Source: Planctomycetota bacterium (GTDB lineage Bacteria; Planctomycetota; UBA1135; UBA2386). Taken from it: a DNA stretch of 64,000 nucleotides. The stretch covers positions 17,115-81,114 of the forward strand of contig JACRLW010000115.1 of assembly GCA_016235155.1 (NCBI GenBank), given 5' to 3'. The notes under the pieces are model-generated. The model saw only the letters and a program-made list of their open reading frames with translations, did not search any database and had not been told where the DNA came from. A program made the translations under genes and the position numbers. Positions within the stretch are counted from its first letter, which is position 1; every line of letters begins with the position of its first letter. Below are positions 1 through 13,365 of the stretch, piece after piece.

Positions 1-1477
1 GAGTCGAGCCAACGAGGACGACGAGTTCGTCCAACCGCGCCTTGTTGCCGATCGGCTGGGAGTGGATGAACGTCGAGAAGACAGCCTGCTCGATCTCCCG
101 GTAGTGCAGCGTCGGGTACTCCTCCTGGACTTCGCGAGCCTTGTGGAGTTCGCCTTCGAGGATCGCAGTCCAGTTGTGGCCCGTTCCTTCGGTCTGCTCC
201 TTGGTAGCGACGGCAGCCAGTTCGCGAGCTGCCTCGCTGACCGATTCCTGGTTCGGAGTCGACAGGAAGACGTTGGGGCCGATGAACGGTGATTCGTCCC
301 ACTTCTCTGCGTCGCGCAAGGCGAGGGCGAACGTGCGGAGCACTCCGCGGGTCCGCTGGAAGCTGCTCATGCCGGTCCACTTGCCGTAGAGCACTTCGGA
401 AAGGTCCGGGTGGAACGGGTAGCTGAGCTTGAAGCGCGCCTCGACGGCCTTCTTGTTCTTCCTGGAGTTCTCGTCCAAGTCGAGGACGCCTTGCAGTCCA
501 GCGATGACGTGCTCCTGGAAACTGTCCTTGTTCTCGATCGACTTCTGGGTGAAGAACCGGCGCCGCAACACCTCGGCGACGTCCTCCTTCAGCACCGGCT
601 GCACGCCTTCTTCCTTCTCGCGGGCGAAGATGTCGGCGATCTCCTTGAGGATCTGCTTGCCGCGCTCGTCGCTCTTCTCGGGGTCGGTTGCGAGCAGCGA
701 GGCCACGAGTGCCGCCTTCTCGACCTTGACGACGGCCTGGCAGAGATACTGGAAGAAATTCTTGAGGCGCCCGAGCCAGGACGAATCAAGACCGACCTTC
801 TCGTGCGCGTACATCAGGACCTCGTCCACCAGGATCAGGGTGGCAAGGTCTTCGCGTTGGGGCAGCCGCAGCAGCTTCTCCATCAAGTTCTCGGCCGGCG
901 CGCTGTCGCGTTCCTCGGCCTTGTCGTCCGGATGCAGCAGCTTGAGCCCTTCTGCGCCCGCGATCTGCCACGCGAGCACGCTCCACGGCTGTCGCAACCA
1001 CCGCACCTGACCGCCTGGAGCACGGACTTCCATGCCCTTCTCGACGTCGAGCTTGTCGAACGGGAGGACCGCGACGCGAGCGCGTGGTGGCTTCGGTCCG
1101 ATCACCTTCTTCCACTCTGCCTGGAACTCACGCACCGTCTGCATGTCGGGCAAGCGATCCGGATCATTGACGAGATGGAACAGCGTGATCAGGGTGTGAG
1201 TCTTGCCGCCACCGTAGGTCAGCTCCAGTTGCCGGATGGCCTTGGTGTTTCGGCCTGCGAGACGCAGGACGACATCGCTGCACAAGACGCGCAGGTTGGT
1301 CGTTGGGTAGGTCAGCGCGAAGAACTCGGCCGGATCCTCGTAGACCGGCCGGCGCTTCTGCTGCATCGCCACCTCGTAGAGGTCGGCGGCGAACAGGGAC
1401 AAGGACAGCTCGCCACTGCGAACGTCGTCGCGCAGTCGCACGACCTTGTGCCACGGAGTCCACGCGGGCTTGCTCAT
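1..1477 (-). CDS. DUF499-like P-loop ATPase, N-terminal ~492 aa only (gene continues past the left window edge)
   Basis: Absent from the ORF track because no stop lies inside the window. Hand translation of the minus strand from ATG (1477-1475) gives MSKPAWTPWHKVVRLRDDVRSGELSLSLFAADLYEVAMQQKRRPVYEDPAEFFALTYPT...IRQLELTYGGGKTHTLITLFHL (Walker A GGGKT). The frame stays open to nt 1 and GC3 is high. The ATG overlaps the TGA (1476-1474) of the upstream methylase gene (ATGA). The family call rests on my memory of the DUF499 N-terminal signature. Confidence 0.75.
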   Translation of the reverse strand, partial: MSKPAWTPWHKVVRLRDDVRSGELSLSLFAADLYEVAMQQKRRPVYEDPAEFFALTYPTTNLRVLCSDVVLRLAGRNTKAIRQLELTYGGGKTHTLITLFHLVNDPDRLPDMQTVREFQAEWKKVIGPKPPRARVAVLPFDKLDVEKGMEVRAPGGQVRWLRQPWSVLAWQIAGAEGLKLLHPDDKAEERDSAPAENLMEKLLRLPQREDLATLILVDEVLMYAHEKVGLDSSWLGRLKNFFQYLCQAVVKVEKAALVASLLATDPEKSDERGKQILKEIADIFAREKEEGVQPVLKEDVAEVLRRRFFTQKSIENKDSFQEHVIAGLQGVLDLDENSRKNKKAVEARFKLSYPFHPDLSEVLYGKWTGMSSFQRTRGVLRTFALALRDAEKWDESPFIGPNVFLSTPNQESVSEAARELAAVATKEQTEGTGHNWTAILEGELHKAREVQEEYPTLHYREIEQAVFSTFIHSQPIGNKARLDELVVLVGST

Positions 1478-4400
1478 CGCTCGTTCTCCTCTTCGTCCTT
1501 CACTTGCAGGTCCACGAACGGCAGCGTCGGCGCAGCCGCGGCGGTCATTCCCCTGGCTCCGATGTGGTTCATGACGCTCTCCAGGATGGCTCGCTCCTCG
1601 CTGCCTTCGGTGGCCAGTTCGATCAGCGCCTGCAGGAGGGCAGGGAAGATCGCACTCTTCCGCAACCCGCGTGCGTCCAGGTACTGGTCGACTCGGGCCT
1701 GGTCGCCAGCCTTCCACAACAGCATCAAGCGGTGCACCTGATCCACCAACGGGATCGCCCGCGCGGGTGCTGGAGCCTCCGCGGCAACGCTCGGGTCATT
1801 GGTGCGAGCACGCGAACGTTCAGCGCCGTCTTCGAGTCCCATTCCCGGCCGCGTGCGTTGCTTCCAAGCCTTCAGGCGGAAGGTGCTGCCGGTGCCCTGC
1901 TCGACATCGCCTTCGGCGTCTCCGCCCTCGCTCTCCTCTTCCTCCGGTTCGTCGGCACCCGCGCGGCCACTGCGCAAGAGTACGTCATAGCGGTCGGCCA
2001 GTTCCCCTTCGGAGAGATTGCACGACACCGCGTAGAGAATGCACGCGCCAGCCGGAGCATCTTCCATGCCGAAGTCGTGACGATGGAGCAGGTAGTAGGT
2101 CGTGACGTCATCGAGGCCGCCCCCGAACTCGTCACCCGCTTCTTTGTGGGTGGCTTCACTGAGAACGCGGCCCACGACGAAGTCGACGACGATCCGCCGA
2201 ACGGCGCGCAGGAACTCCGAGACCGTCATCAACTCTCCTGGCGCGTCTGCCTTCTTGATAATCGGGTGCCTACTGTAGGCCTCCATCGCGGGGCCCGTAG
2301 CAGCCCAGACGAAGTCGGGGCCGCGAATCCCGGCGTCCCAGAAAGTGCGAAGCTGGTCGCGGATCCGCGTGCGCATCTCAGCAAGCACCGATGTGTCCCA
2401 GCCTGGGCGAGCTGCATCCGGCCGACACTTGCAGACCAGCCAGACCGACGATGCGAGCGATGCGCGGGCCAGATTGCGGACGCCACCCCTCATCTCCGTC
2501 ATGATCGGCAAGGAACCACAAACAACGAAACCCGCGTCGATGACTGCCTTGACCAAGGTCTCCCATGCCTTCGGCTGCTTGTTGGCAAAGACGACGACGA
2601 ATCGTCCGTTCGGCACGAGCGCCTTCTTGCAAGCGATGAACGCGCGCTTCATCCCGTCCTCGTACGCGAAGAGAGATTTCTGAGCATCGCCACCGAACCG
2701 GCTAGCATCATCGATCAGTTCCCCGTCGTTGGATTCGTGGTCCCACTTGGGAGCAAGCAAGGTCTCGCCGACATCGCCCTTCTCATTGATGGCTCGCCGC
2801 AGCCAAACGTAGAAGAAGTCCATCAAGTCGGAGTACGGGATCGCGTCGTAGTAGGGTGGATCCGTGACGATGACATCGAATGCGGTTTCTGTTAGAGCGA
2901 TTGCGCTCCCCTTCTTCACGGTCACATCGCAACTGGCATGAACATTCAACATTCCATCAAGGACAAGGCCAATCTTCGAGATCCCACCTGCGAAGTAGCG
3001 GTCAGCCGGTGAAAAGGGATTTGCTTCCGCGAAGTCCCACGTGATTGGCAGGGCAAACCGCAGGAATGTCTGCTTGACCTCACCAGCAGTTGAGTCCCAC
3101 AGGCAGAGGGTGCTCAGGTAGTTAGCGGCGCGGCCAAGTGCGACGCAGAGGTAGTGGGAGATTGCGCGTCGCCAGACTGGCGTTGTTGATCCGGCACCAA
3201 CCAACTCTGAGCAGGACCGAATCGCTCTCGTGAGCACGCCGAGGGCTGCCAGCTGCCGGCCAAGAAAGAGAGACTGCCAGTCCCGAAGACCGTACAGGGG
3301 CACACGGATGCCGAGCGCTTCCTTGTCAGGAAGAGACTCGGACGGAATCCCTCCAGGGACATCCGCGAAGTACCCCTCCAGCTCCTGCTTCGAGAGTGAT
3401 GCGGCAGCCGTCTCTTCAACCGTGGGAAGCCGGAACTCCTTCCCGGCGTCGCCTTCGACAACTACAGCGGTCATGCGCGATGCGAGACGACCCGCGAGGC
3501 CCTCGTGCCGGATGGACTCGGTCTCCATTGAGACCGTGCCCGGCTTGCCGCAGCAAGGACACCATGCACCAGCGCGGCTCATCGTGCCCCGACCAATCCG
3601 CTTGTCGTGTTCGCGACGCGCGGCGTGGTTGGCGCCGACCACTCCGACGCCGCTCTCGACCGCGAACACGACGCCGCTCTTGTCCGCGTTCGGCTCCATT
3701 CGCAGAAGGACTCGCTTCTTGTCCTTCTTCGCGAGCCACAGCGTCTTCAAGAGTGGGATCTCCGCGCGACACTGCTTGCACCGTACGGTCCTCGCCCAGA
3801 GATACGCAACAGTCGGCTTCGCAACCCACCGCGGTGCCGTGGGGTCCCCAAGCCAGAGCTTGTCCTGGTGGTTGAGACTCGACCTCCCCTCGAACTCGCG
3901 GTTCAACGCAGCGAGATCAGACTTCCCCTGCGCGTCAACGGGTACGCGCTGCATGGGACGAGAACTGACGTGCTTGCCTCCCTCAGCGGTTTTCATGAAG
4001 TCTGCGTAGACCGGATAGCGATCGGCAAGCTCCTTGCGGGCCGCGTCGAGCACGTGCCGACCCCAGGCGCGAACGTGCCACGCAAGATCCGCGTCGAGAA
4101 AGGCGGGATCGAAGCCGGGCCCGGTGAGCAGCTTCTGCTGCTCCTTTGCCTCGTCGAGTCCAAGGTCGCGCAGGAAAGTCCTGATCTGTGTCTTCTTCAA
4201 GCCTTGCGACTCGAAGAACTCCGTCATGAAGTCACGGTCACATAGAGCGAAATCGGGAAGCGGCAGCTTCTTGCGGGCCAGCTTCTGCGGGTACTCGAGC
4301 GTGCACTTGAGGATGAACCACGCGACCGGGTTGATGTCGTTGGCCGTCACCTCGCAGCCAAGTCGCATTGCTTCCAAGGGGATCGCGCCACCTCCAGCGA

Positions 4401-4814
4401 ACGGATCGAGTACGCGTGGCGCGCGACCCCCGTACGCCTTCTTGATCTCGTCGCGAAACCACTGCATGCCCTCCTCGTTCTCGGTCTCGCGCCCCCAGTG
4501 CAGGATGCCACCGACAGTCTCGTCGACGACGCGATCCTCGACTCTGCCGTTCGGCAGCTTCTTCTTCTTGGTGTTCTTGACGAGCTTGCCCCCGATGCGC
4601 TCGCACAGTTCCCTCCGTGCTTCCGGCGTGCCCGGGTCGGGCAGCAGCGTCGCGATCAATGCCGCACGGCACGCGGCCAGCGGTCGCCGCGCCGGCCAGA
4701 TGTGCAAGGTCGAGATGTGGCCGTGCCGCACGTTCTTCTCGTGCACCGAGTCGATCGATGTCTGCTTCAGAGGAAACGCGACCTCGATGAGGCGGGGGCG
4801 GTCTTGTGGTTCGG

Positions 4815-4818
<4 letters not shown>
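1474..4818 (-). CDS. DUF1156-type DNA methyltransferase (N6A/N4C class) with internal Zn-ribbon
   Basis: ORF 1474..5010. The likely start is the internal ATG at 4818 (MTEPQDRPRLIEVAFPLKQTSIDSVHEKNVRHGHISTLHIWPARRP, a DUF1156-like N-terminus), which overlaps the helicase stop as ATGA. SAM motif I: VLDPFAGGGAIPLEAMRLGCEVTANDINP. Motif IV: VIVTDPPYYDAIPYSDLMDFFYVWLRR. Cys pairs: CKQCRAE...CPCCGKPG. Confidence 0.85.
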
Positions 4819-8444
<3,626 letters not shown>

Positions 8445-8487
8445 GCAGCAGGATCCGTAGCAGAGTCTGTTGGTCCAGATTCCGTAG

Positions 8488-8503
8488 TATAGCATGTGCT
8501 ATA
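8488..8503. promoter_or_regulatory. 16-bp palindrome TATAGCA-TG-TGCTATA in the AT-rich leader of the helicase operon (candidate operator / -10 region)
   Basis: Read directly: tatagcatgtgctata. The arms TATAGCA and TGCTATA are exact reverse complements. It lies about 45-60 nt upstream of the GTG at 8444 and is unusually AT-rich for this genome. Confidence 0.35.
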
Positions 8504-8965
8504 TGTGCGATGCAACCCCTAGAAGGCTTCCTGGTGATCCTGTCGAGCCCCATGCACGTGATCCCCGCAACCAAGCTTCGCACGGCCCGGGGGCGTCGTG
8601 TGTTTAGCCGGGGACGGCCGCGGGACGCACCGGGCCTACACGGCGACCTACCTCGCGGCGGTTGCCAGCGGCTTCTCTCTACGTCGTGGTGTAGGCGCCG
8701 TGGACGTTGTCGCGGCCTTGTTCACGGCCCCGTCACGATCGAACCAAGGCGGCGCGTAGGTTTGCGAGGACTGAGGGGACCCGACTGATGCGAAGCAGCG
8801 GGAGGGCGCAGCCCTCCGCCCCGGCACCACGCCAGCCCGCCGTGACGCCTGGGGCCAGGGCACTCCGATCTCCGCCAAACTCCGCGATGCCTTCGATCGC
8901 GCTCGCCCCAGACACCTCCATCGCCTCCGCCACCGCCGTGGGCTTGCCGATGTGCCCGCTACGAC

Positions 8966-9502
8966 TCATGCTGCCCACGCCGCTTTCGATCGCGCCGCCA
9001 TCCGCGACGCACTCGCCGACTGCGGCTTCCTTTCCTTCAGCCGACAGTGACTTCCTCCAGTGTTTCTCAGCACGCGGACGATGCGGATACCTGGGAGCGT
9101 ACGCCGGACGGCGTCCTGCAGGGCATCGACGTCCGCCGCGTCGAAGCGCCGGAAGAAGTCGCCGGCCGTGGTCTGATCAGGGATGCGCTGCGTGCCGACG
9201 GCGTCGAGATAGGCCTCGTTGTTCCGCAGCACCTCGAGGTCTTCGAGGCAGGAGCCGCCGCTCATGGCGTTGAACGCAGGGTTGAGGACATGGTCGGACT
9301 CGGAGCATGGCTTGTGGAGTTGGTCCTGTGCCGGCCAGTTCATGTCCCGGAGCCGATGCTCGATGCCCCGCTTGCAGCGACCAACTTCACGGGCTCTACT
9401 CGTGCTCACTCGAAACGCCTCTTTCGTGGTAGCGGTGGTGGTCCTGCTGAAACCTCCTCCACGCAAGGGAAGGTTGCGTTTCGAGTCGCTTCTCACGGGC
9501 AA
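8966..9502 (-). pseudogene. IS1380-family transposase, N-terminal fragment only
   Basis: The 178-aa ORF contains LNPAFNAMSGGSCLEDLEVLRNNEAYLDAVGTQRIPDQTTAGDFFRRFDAADVDALQDAV. This matches the N-terminal region of IS1380-type DDE transposases as I remember them. No DDE catalytic region follows, and the downstream frames are broken. Confidence 0.45.
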
Positions 9503-9595
9503 GCAAACGCGAACTGCGCTGGATCAAGGCCTAGCAGCCATCGGTCACCTTCACAAGCGAGGTCGTTGCGGGCAGCCCCCGCCTGGGGGCATTGC

Positions 9596-9622
9596 CGCAA
9601 GTTTTCGAAAACCTCGCAAGTT
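9596..9622. promoter_or_regulatory. Perfect 12-bp palindrome GTTTTCGAAAAC (9601-9612) bracketed by direct repeats CGCAAGTT (9596-9603, 9615-9622), upstream of the ABC/KS operon
   Basis: Read directly. It lies 25-50 nt upstream of the ATG at 9647. GGAG at 9636-9639 is a plausible RBS. Confidence 0.3.
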
Positions 9623-9646
9623 CGGACCTCCCACCGGAGCTAAGTC

Positions 9647-10630
9647 ATGAATCGCCGAAGATCCGTTGTTGCAGTCGCTGTGCTCGTGGTTACGCTTGGA
9701 GTTGCGTGGTGGGTCAGCAACCGCGGTTACGAGACGTCCCGCCGCACTCCCATTCGCCTCGCATATGCAACCCAGGTGAGCAACCTCCCCTTCTTCTACG
9801 CCTTGGAGAACGGTGAGTTCGCGCGACGAGGTCTCAAGATCGAACTGCTGCCTCCAATGCTCCAAGCTCCAGATATCGTCGCCGCTGTTCTGGGAGGACA
9901 GGCGGACGGTGCTCTGGATACGGCACTTCTGTCGATCATACAAGCGGACCAACGTGATCCGGGCGTGCTGAGAGTAGTGCTTTGGACGATCGCCAGCAAA
10001 GACAACGCATTCATGAGGATCGTTGTCCCCGTCAAATCGAACATCCATTCTCTCAACGACTTGCGTGGCAGGAGACTTGGCCACTTTCCGAGTCCCCAAC
10101 TCCGTGCGATTTGTTGGGCCATCGCCAAGCGTATAGGTGCCGCCGCGGACGCGATAACGTTGCAACCCACTCCTCCGACAGCCGTGATCGAAGCACTCGC
10201 TGCCGGCGAAATCGACGCTGCGCTTGTGCTGGAGCCAACCGGGACAATTGCAATCGAGCGCGGGATCGCGCGCTCATTGACGGACTCTCCCGTGGTGGAC
10301 TTGGCACATGACGAGATACCCATTGGCGCGTTCTCGCTGTCTGGTGCGTTCTGCACAGACCACCCTGAGGATGCACGCCTCTACGTAGAGGCACTCGAAG
10401 CGGGCGTAGCACTGCTCCGCGCTAATCCCAGGAGCGCACCTGGTTTGATTGCAAAGTATACGGCTGCAAAGAACCCGGATACCGCGGCGAAAGTCACGTA
10501 CCCACGCCATTGGCTGCGTCGCGAAGCGATCGCTGATCACTTCGATTACTTCATGAACCTACTTCGCGAGTCAGGAGTCGAAGTCCCGAAACTTGCTGCC
10601 TCGGACCTGGCTTATCAGGACCAGGAGTGA
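9647..10630 (+). CDS. ABC transporter substrate-binding protein, NMT1/SsuA/TauA-like (NitT/TauT family), N-terminal membrane anchor
   Basis: MNRRRSVVAVAVLVVTLGVAWWV anchor, then IRLAYATQVSNLPFFYALENGEFARRGLKIEL...IDAALVLEP, a typical type-2 periplasmic binding fold of sulfonate/nitrate/taurine binders. A GGAG RBS precedes the start. Confidence 0.8.
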   Translation: MNRRRSVVAVAVLVVTLGVAWWVSNRGYETSRRTPIRLAYATQVSNLPFFYALENGEFARRGLKIELLPPMLQAPDIVAAVLGGQADGALDTALLSIIQADQRDPGVLRVVLWTIASKDNAFMRIVVPVKSNIHSLNDLRGRRLGHFPSPQLRAICWAIAKRIGAAADAITLQPTPPTAVIEALAAGEIDAALVLEPTGTIAIERGIARSLTDSPVVDLAHDEIPIGAFSLSGAFCTDHPEDARLYVEALEAGVALLRANPRSAPGLIAKYTAAKNPDTAAKVTYPRHWLRREAIADHFDYFMNLLRESGVEVPKLAASDLAYQDQE

Positions 10631-10637
10631 CCCGGCG

Positions 10638-11414
10638 GTGTCAGCCCTCAGCATTGTCAATATCCACAAGCGTTACGCGAAGACCGTCGTGCTCGATGGC
10701 TTTGGCCTTGACGTGGATGACGGCGAGATTCTCCTATTGGTGGGTCCTAACGGCGGCGGCAAGTCAACCCTTCTCGGGATCGCTCATGGATCGCTATCGG
10801 CCGATAGCGGCAAACTTGTTAGCACATTTAACCGACATGCGCTTCTTCCGCAGAGATCGGCAGAGACACTATTTCCGTACTACAACTTACGGCGCAACCT
10901 CTGCCTCCCGCTAATTGTCGCGCGCGTTCCGCCGCGGGAATGGGACCAGCGAATCATGGTTTCCCTTAAGGAAATGGGACTCGACGGCGCCGTAACCCCG
11001 CTTCTAGCACGGCACCCGTTTGAAGTATCTGGAGGTCAGCAGCAGCTAGTAACACTCGCGCGGTCGTTGCTAGAGCGACCCGACCTGCTGCTTCTGGACG
11101 AGCCCGCGAAGGAGCTCGATCCCTGGAACGCTCAGTCGCTAATGCACGCCATACGGCACTGGGCTTTCGCTCAACCTCGTCGCGCGGTTGTGATTACCTC
11201 CCATAGCCTTGAACATGTTCTTCGAATCGCAACCCGAGTTCTCTTGCTGGACGGCCCGCCCGTCCGGGTCATTGGTAGCTGGACCCTCGGAGGACTGGGC
11301 ACTGAGAGCTCGCTTGATGGGGCTCGAGATAGAGTCGCGGAGGAAGTGCGTTCGGCCGTACACTCGGCGCTTCGATCCTCGGCCGCGCAAACTGCCCCCG
11401 CAAGGAGCCTATGA
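10638..11414 (+). CDS. ABC transporter ATP-binding protein (NitT/TauT-like)
   Basis: Walker A GPNGGGKSTLLG, Q-loop LLPQR, signature VSGGQQQ, Walker B LLLLDEP, H-loop ITSHS. GTG at 10638 (VSALSIVNIHKRY) sits 8 nt after the SBP stop; the track ORF begins at 10593. Confidence 0.85.
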   Translation: MSALSIVNIHKRYAKTVVLDGFGLDVDDGEILLLVGPNGGGKSTLLGIAHGSLSADSGKLVSTFNRHALLPQRSAETLFPYYNLRRNLCLPLIVARVPPREWDQRIMVSLKEMGLDGAVTPLLARHPFEVSGGQQQLVTLARSLLERPDLLLLDEPAKELDPWNAQSLMHAIRHWAFAQPRRAVVITSHSLEHVLRIATRVLLLDGPPVRVIGSWTLGGLGTESSLDGARDRVAEEVRSAVHSALRSSAAQTAPARSL

Positions 11415-12157
11415 GACGGCTAACTTGGATTGTGCCCCCCGCGGTCGCGCTCGTCCTTTGGGTGCTGATCACGCACAGCAGGGGCGTCTCCAACGCGCTT
11501 CTTCCCCGACCAGGAGCCGTTCTGGCTCGCCTCCTCTCTCTCGTCACGGACTGGAACCTGGGCCTCGATCTCCTCGTTACGCTTCGCTCTGCGGTTACCG
11601 GGCTCCTAGTTGGCTTCGGGATGGGATTCATCCTGGGCCTTTGTTCAGGCGTCCTGCACTGGCTTGACCGCATGCTGTCCCCATCGCTCCACTTCCTGAG
11701 GTCCATCCCCTCTGTGGCGTACTACCCCCTCATCATCCTTTACCTAGGTTTTGGAGAAACGGGTCGCGTTGTGTTGGTGGCAGTTCCAGTATTCCTGCTG
11801 ACGTTTGTCTCGTGCGTTACTGCCGTCCTTTCAGTGAACCGTCACCGCCGGGCGTACTTGAGCGGGCTTGGGGCGTCGCGATGGCAGATCTTCCGCCTTC
11901 TTCTCGTCTGGGAGGCGATGCCCGCAGCAGTCAATGCCCTGCGACTTGCCGTTTCGCTGTCGCTGGTCCTGGTTGTCTTCGGTGAGATGACGATCGGAGG
12001 ATCATCCGGGATTGGTGCTCGCCTTCGAGATGCCCGAGAGGTTTATGCACTCGAAGACGTGTTTGCAATCATTCTTGTCTTGGGTGTCATTGGATGGCTG
12101 GCAAACCGTGCCATCTCGACGCTGGAAGAGCGACTCCAAGTCGCCTGGGGGAGATAG
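11411..12157 (+). CDS. ABC transporter permease (BPD_transp_1-like)
   Basis: Six hydrophobic segments. The start overlaps the ATPase stop (ATGA at 11411-11414). Size and pattern are typical of SsuC/TauC-like permeases. Confidence 0.85.
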   Translation: MRRLTWIVPPAVALVLWVLITHSRGVSNALLPRPGAVLARLLSLVTDWNLGLDLLVTLRSAVTGLLVGFGMGFILGLCSGVLHWLDRMLSPSLHFLRSIPSVAYYPLIILYLGFGETGRVVLVAVPVFLLTFVSCVTAVLSVNRHRRAYLSGLGASRWQIFRLLLVWEAMPAAVNALRLAVSLSLVLVVFGEMTIGGSSGIGARLRDAREVYALEDVFAIILVLGVIGWLANRAISTLEERLQVAWGR

Positions 12158-12159
12158 CA

Positions 12160-13365
12160 GTGATCATGCCGGAAGTTCGAGGCATTGGTGTGGCAACGCC
12201 AATTGGCGTCTCGGTTCCCAGTTTCTGGACCGGCGCGACTCGTGGCCGCTGCGCGATCCAGCGCGATGCGGGATTCGAAAGAGCCGGCCTCCGTAGCCAG
12301 GTCTGCGCGCGTGTTGACGAAGACGAACTTCGGGCCTCGAAGTGGTGGCGTACAGCGTGGACGGAGGAGCCGCGGCACGTCCAATTGGCCTTGGTGGCGG
12401 CGGCGGAAGCATGCGAGCCGGGACTGTATATCGATTCCACGCCCAGTCGCCGATTGGGGTTGGTGTTCTCGACGGCGATGGGGCGTGTTGATAACTTAGA
12501 AACCGGAGCGACTTCCAAGCTCGTGAGAGGGAGGACGCACGCGCGCCACGCGATCCTCGGTGACGCGCTAGCGCGTGAATTCGACATTTCCGGGCCGGTG
12601 ATAGGGATATCCGATGGCTGCACGGGCGGCTTGGATGCTTTTATTACGGCGTGCGAGATGATTGAGGATGGCGATGTCGACGCGTGCCTTACGGTCGCAA
12701 GCGATGCTCCGCTGGCGACGCTAACAATGGCTGCCATGGACAATCTGGGGGTTCTGTCGAGGCGCAACGACGCCCCTGAGCTCTCGTGCCTTCCTTTCGA
12801 CCGCGCCCGCCAGGGCATGGTGATGGCCGAAGCGGCCGGGGCACTATTCCTGTGCGGAGGTCGTCCGGCATCATCGTCGACGCACCTGTCCATGGCGGTG
12901 GTGAGAGGCCACGCGTCCGTTTCGAATTGCCGGTCAATGGTTTCACTGCGTGACGCAGCGGCGGACATGGCTCGCTGCGCACGCGGTGCGATGTTGGCGG
13001 CGGGCGTCAGCGTCCAGGGAATCGATCATCTCAATCTGCACGGGAGTGGAACACGTCAGAATGACGAAGCGGAAGGCGCCGCATTGCGAGAAGTTTTCGG
13101 CGACCACCTGGACCGCATTCCCGCCATCGCGATCAAGTCGCTCACGGGTCATGGACTGGCGGCATCGAACACCGTGGAGCTGGTCGCGGAGGTAATGGTG
13201 CTTCAAACGGGATTATTGCCGCCTGCGCGTGGGCGAGGGTCAGACAACCCCTGGGGTGTACGACTCGTTACCGGCGAGGCCGCTCACCATCGGGCGGTCA
13301 CAGGACTGAAGATGAACCACGGCTTCGGAGGATTTCACTCATGTGTGATTCTAAGTCGCCCCTAG
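12160..13365 (+). CDS. Beta-ketoacyl synthase, type II PKS KS-alpha / FabF-like, catalytic triad intact
   Basis: Active-site Cys in GISDGCTGGLDAFITACEMIEDGDVDAC. His in LNLHGSGTRQNDEAEGAALREVF. His in AIKSLTGHGLAASN. Start is GTG 12160 or ATG 12166, directly after the permease stop (12155-12157). Confidence 0.8.
   Translation: MIMPEVRGIGVATPIGVSVPSFWTGATRGRCAIQRDAGFERAGLRSQVCARVDEDELRASKWWRTAWTEEPRHVQLALVAAAEACEPGLYIDSTPSRRLGLVFSTAMGRVDNLETGATSKLVRGRTHARHAILGDALAREFDISGPVIGISDGCTGGLDAFITACEMIEDGDVDACLTVASDAPLATLTMAAMDNLGVLSRRNDAPELSCLPFDRARQGMVMAEAAGALFLCGGRPASSSTHLSMAVVRGHASVSNCRSMVSLRDAAADMARCARGAMLAAGVSVQGIDHLNLHGSGTRQNDEAEGAALREVFGDHLDRIPAIAIKSLTGHGLAASNTVELVAEVMVLQTGLLPPARGRGSDNPWGVRLVTGEAAHHRAVTGLKMNHGFGGFHSCVILSRP

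Noticed and set aside
62-1741. Plus-strand ORFs over the first 1.7 kb (e.g. 410..1741, 429..1010)
   Set aside because: They are antisense to the clearly coding DUF499 gene (P-loop, high GC3, ATGA coupling). Their translations are Leu/Glu/Arg-rich with no motifs.
9560-9646. Possible sigma54 promoter (TGGCAC-N5-TTGC) ahead of the operon that ends with a sigma54-type AAA+ gene
   Set aside because: The closest string, CTGGGGGCATTGCC, has the wrong GG-to-GC spacing. By eye I found no -24/-12 element here or before 14511. A computational scan is still advisable.
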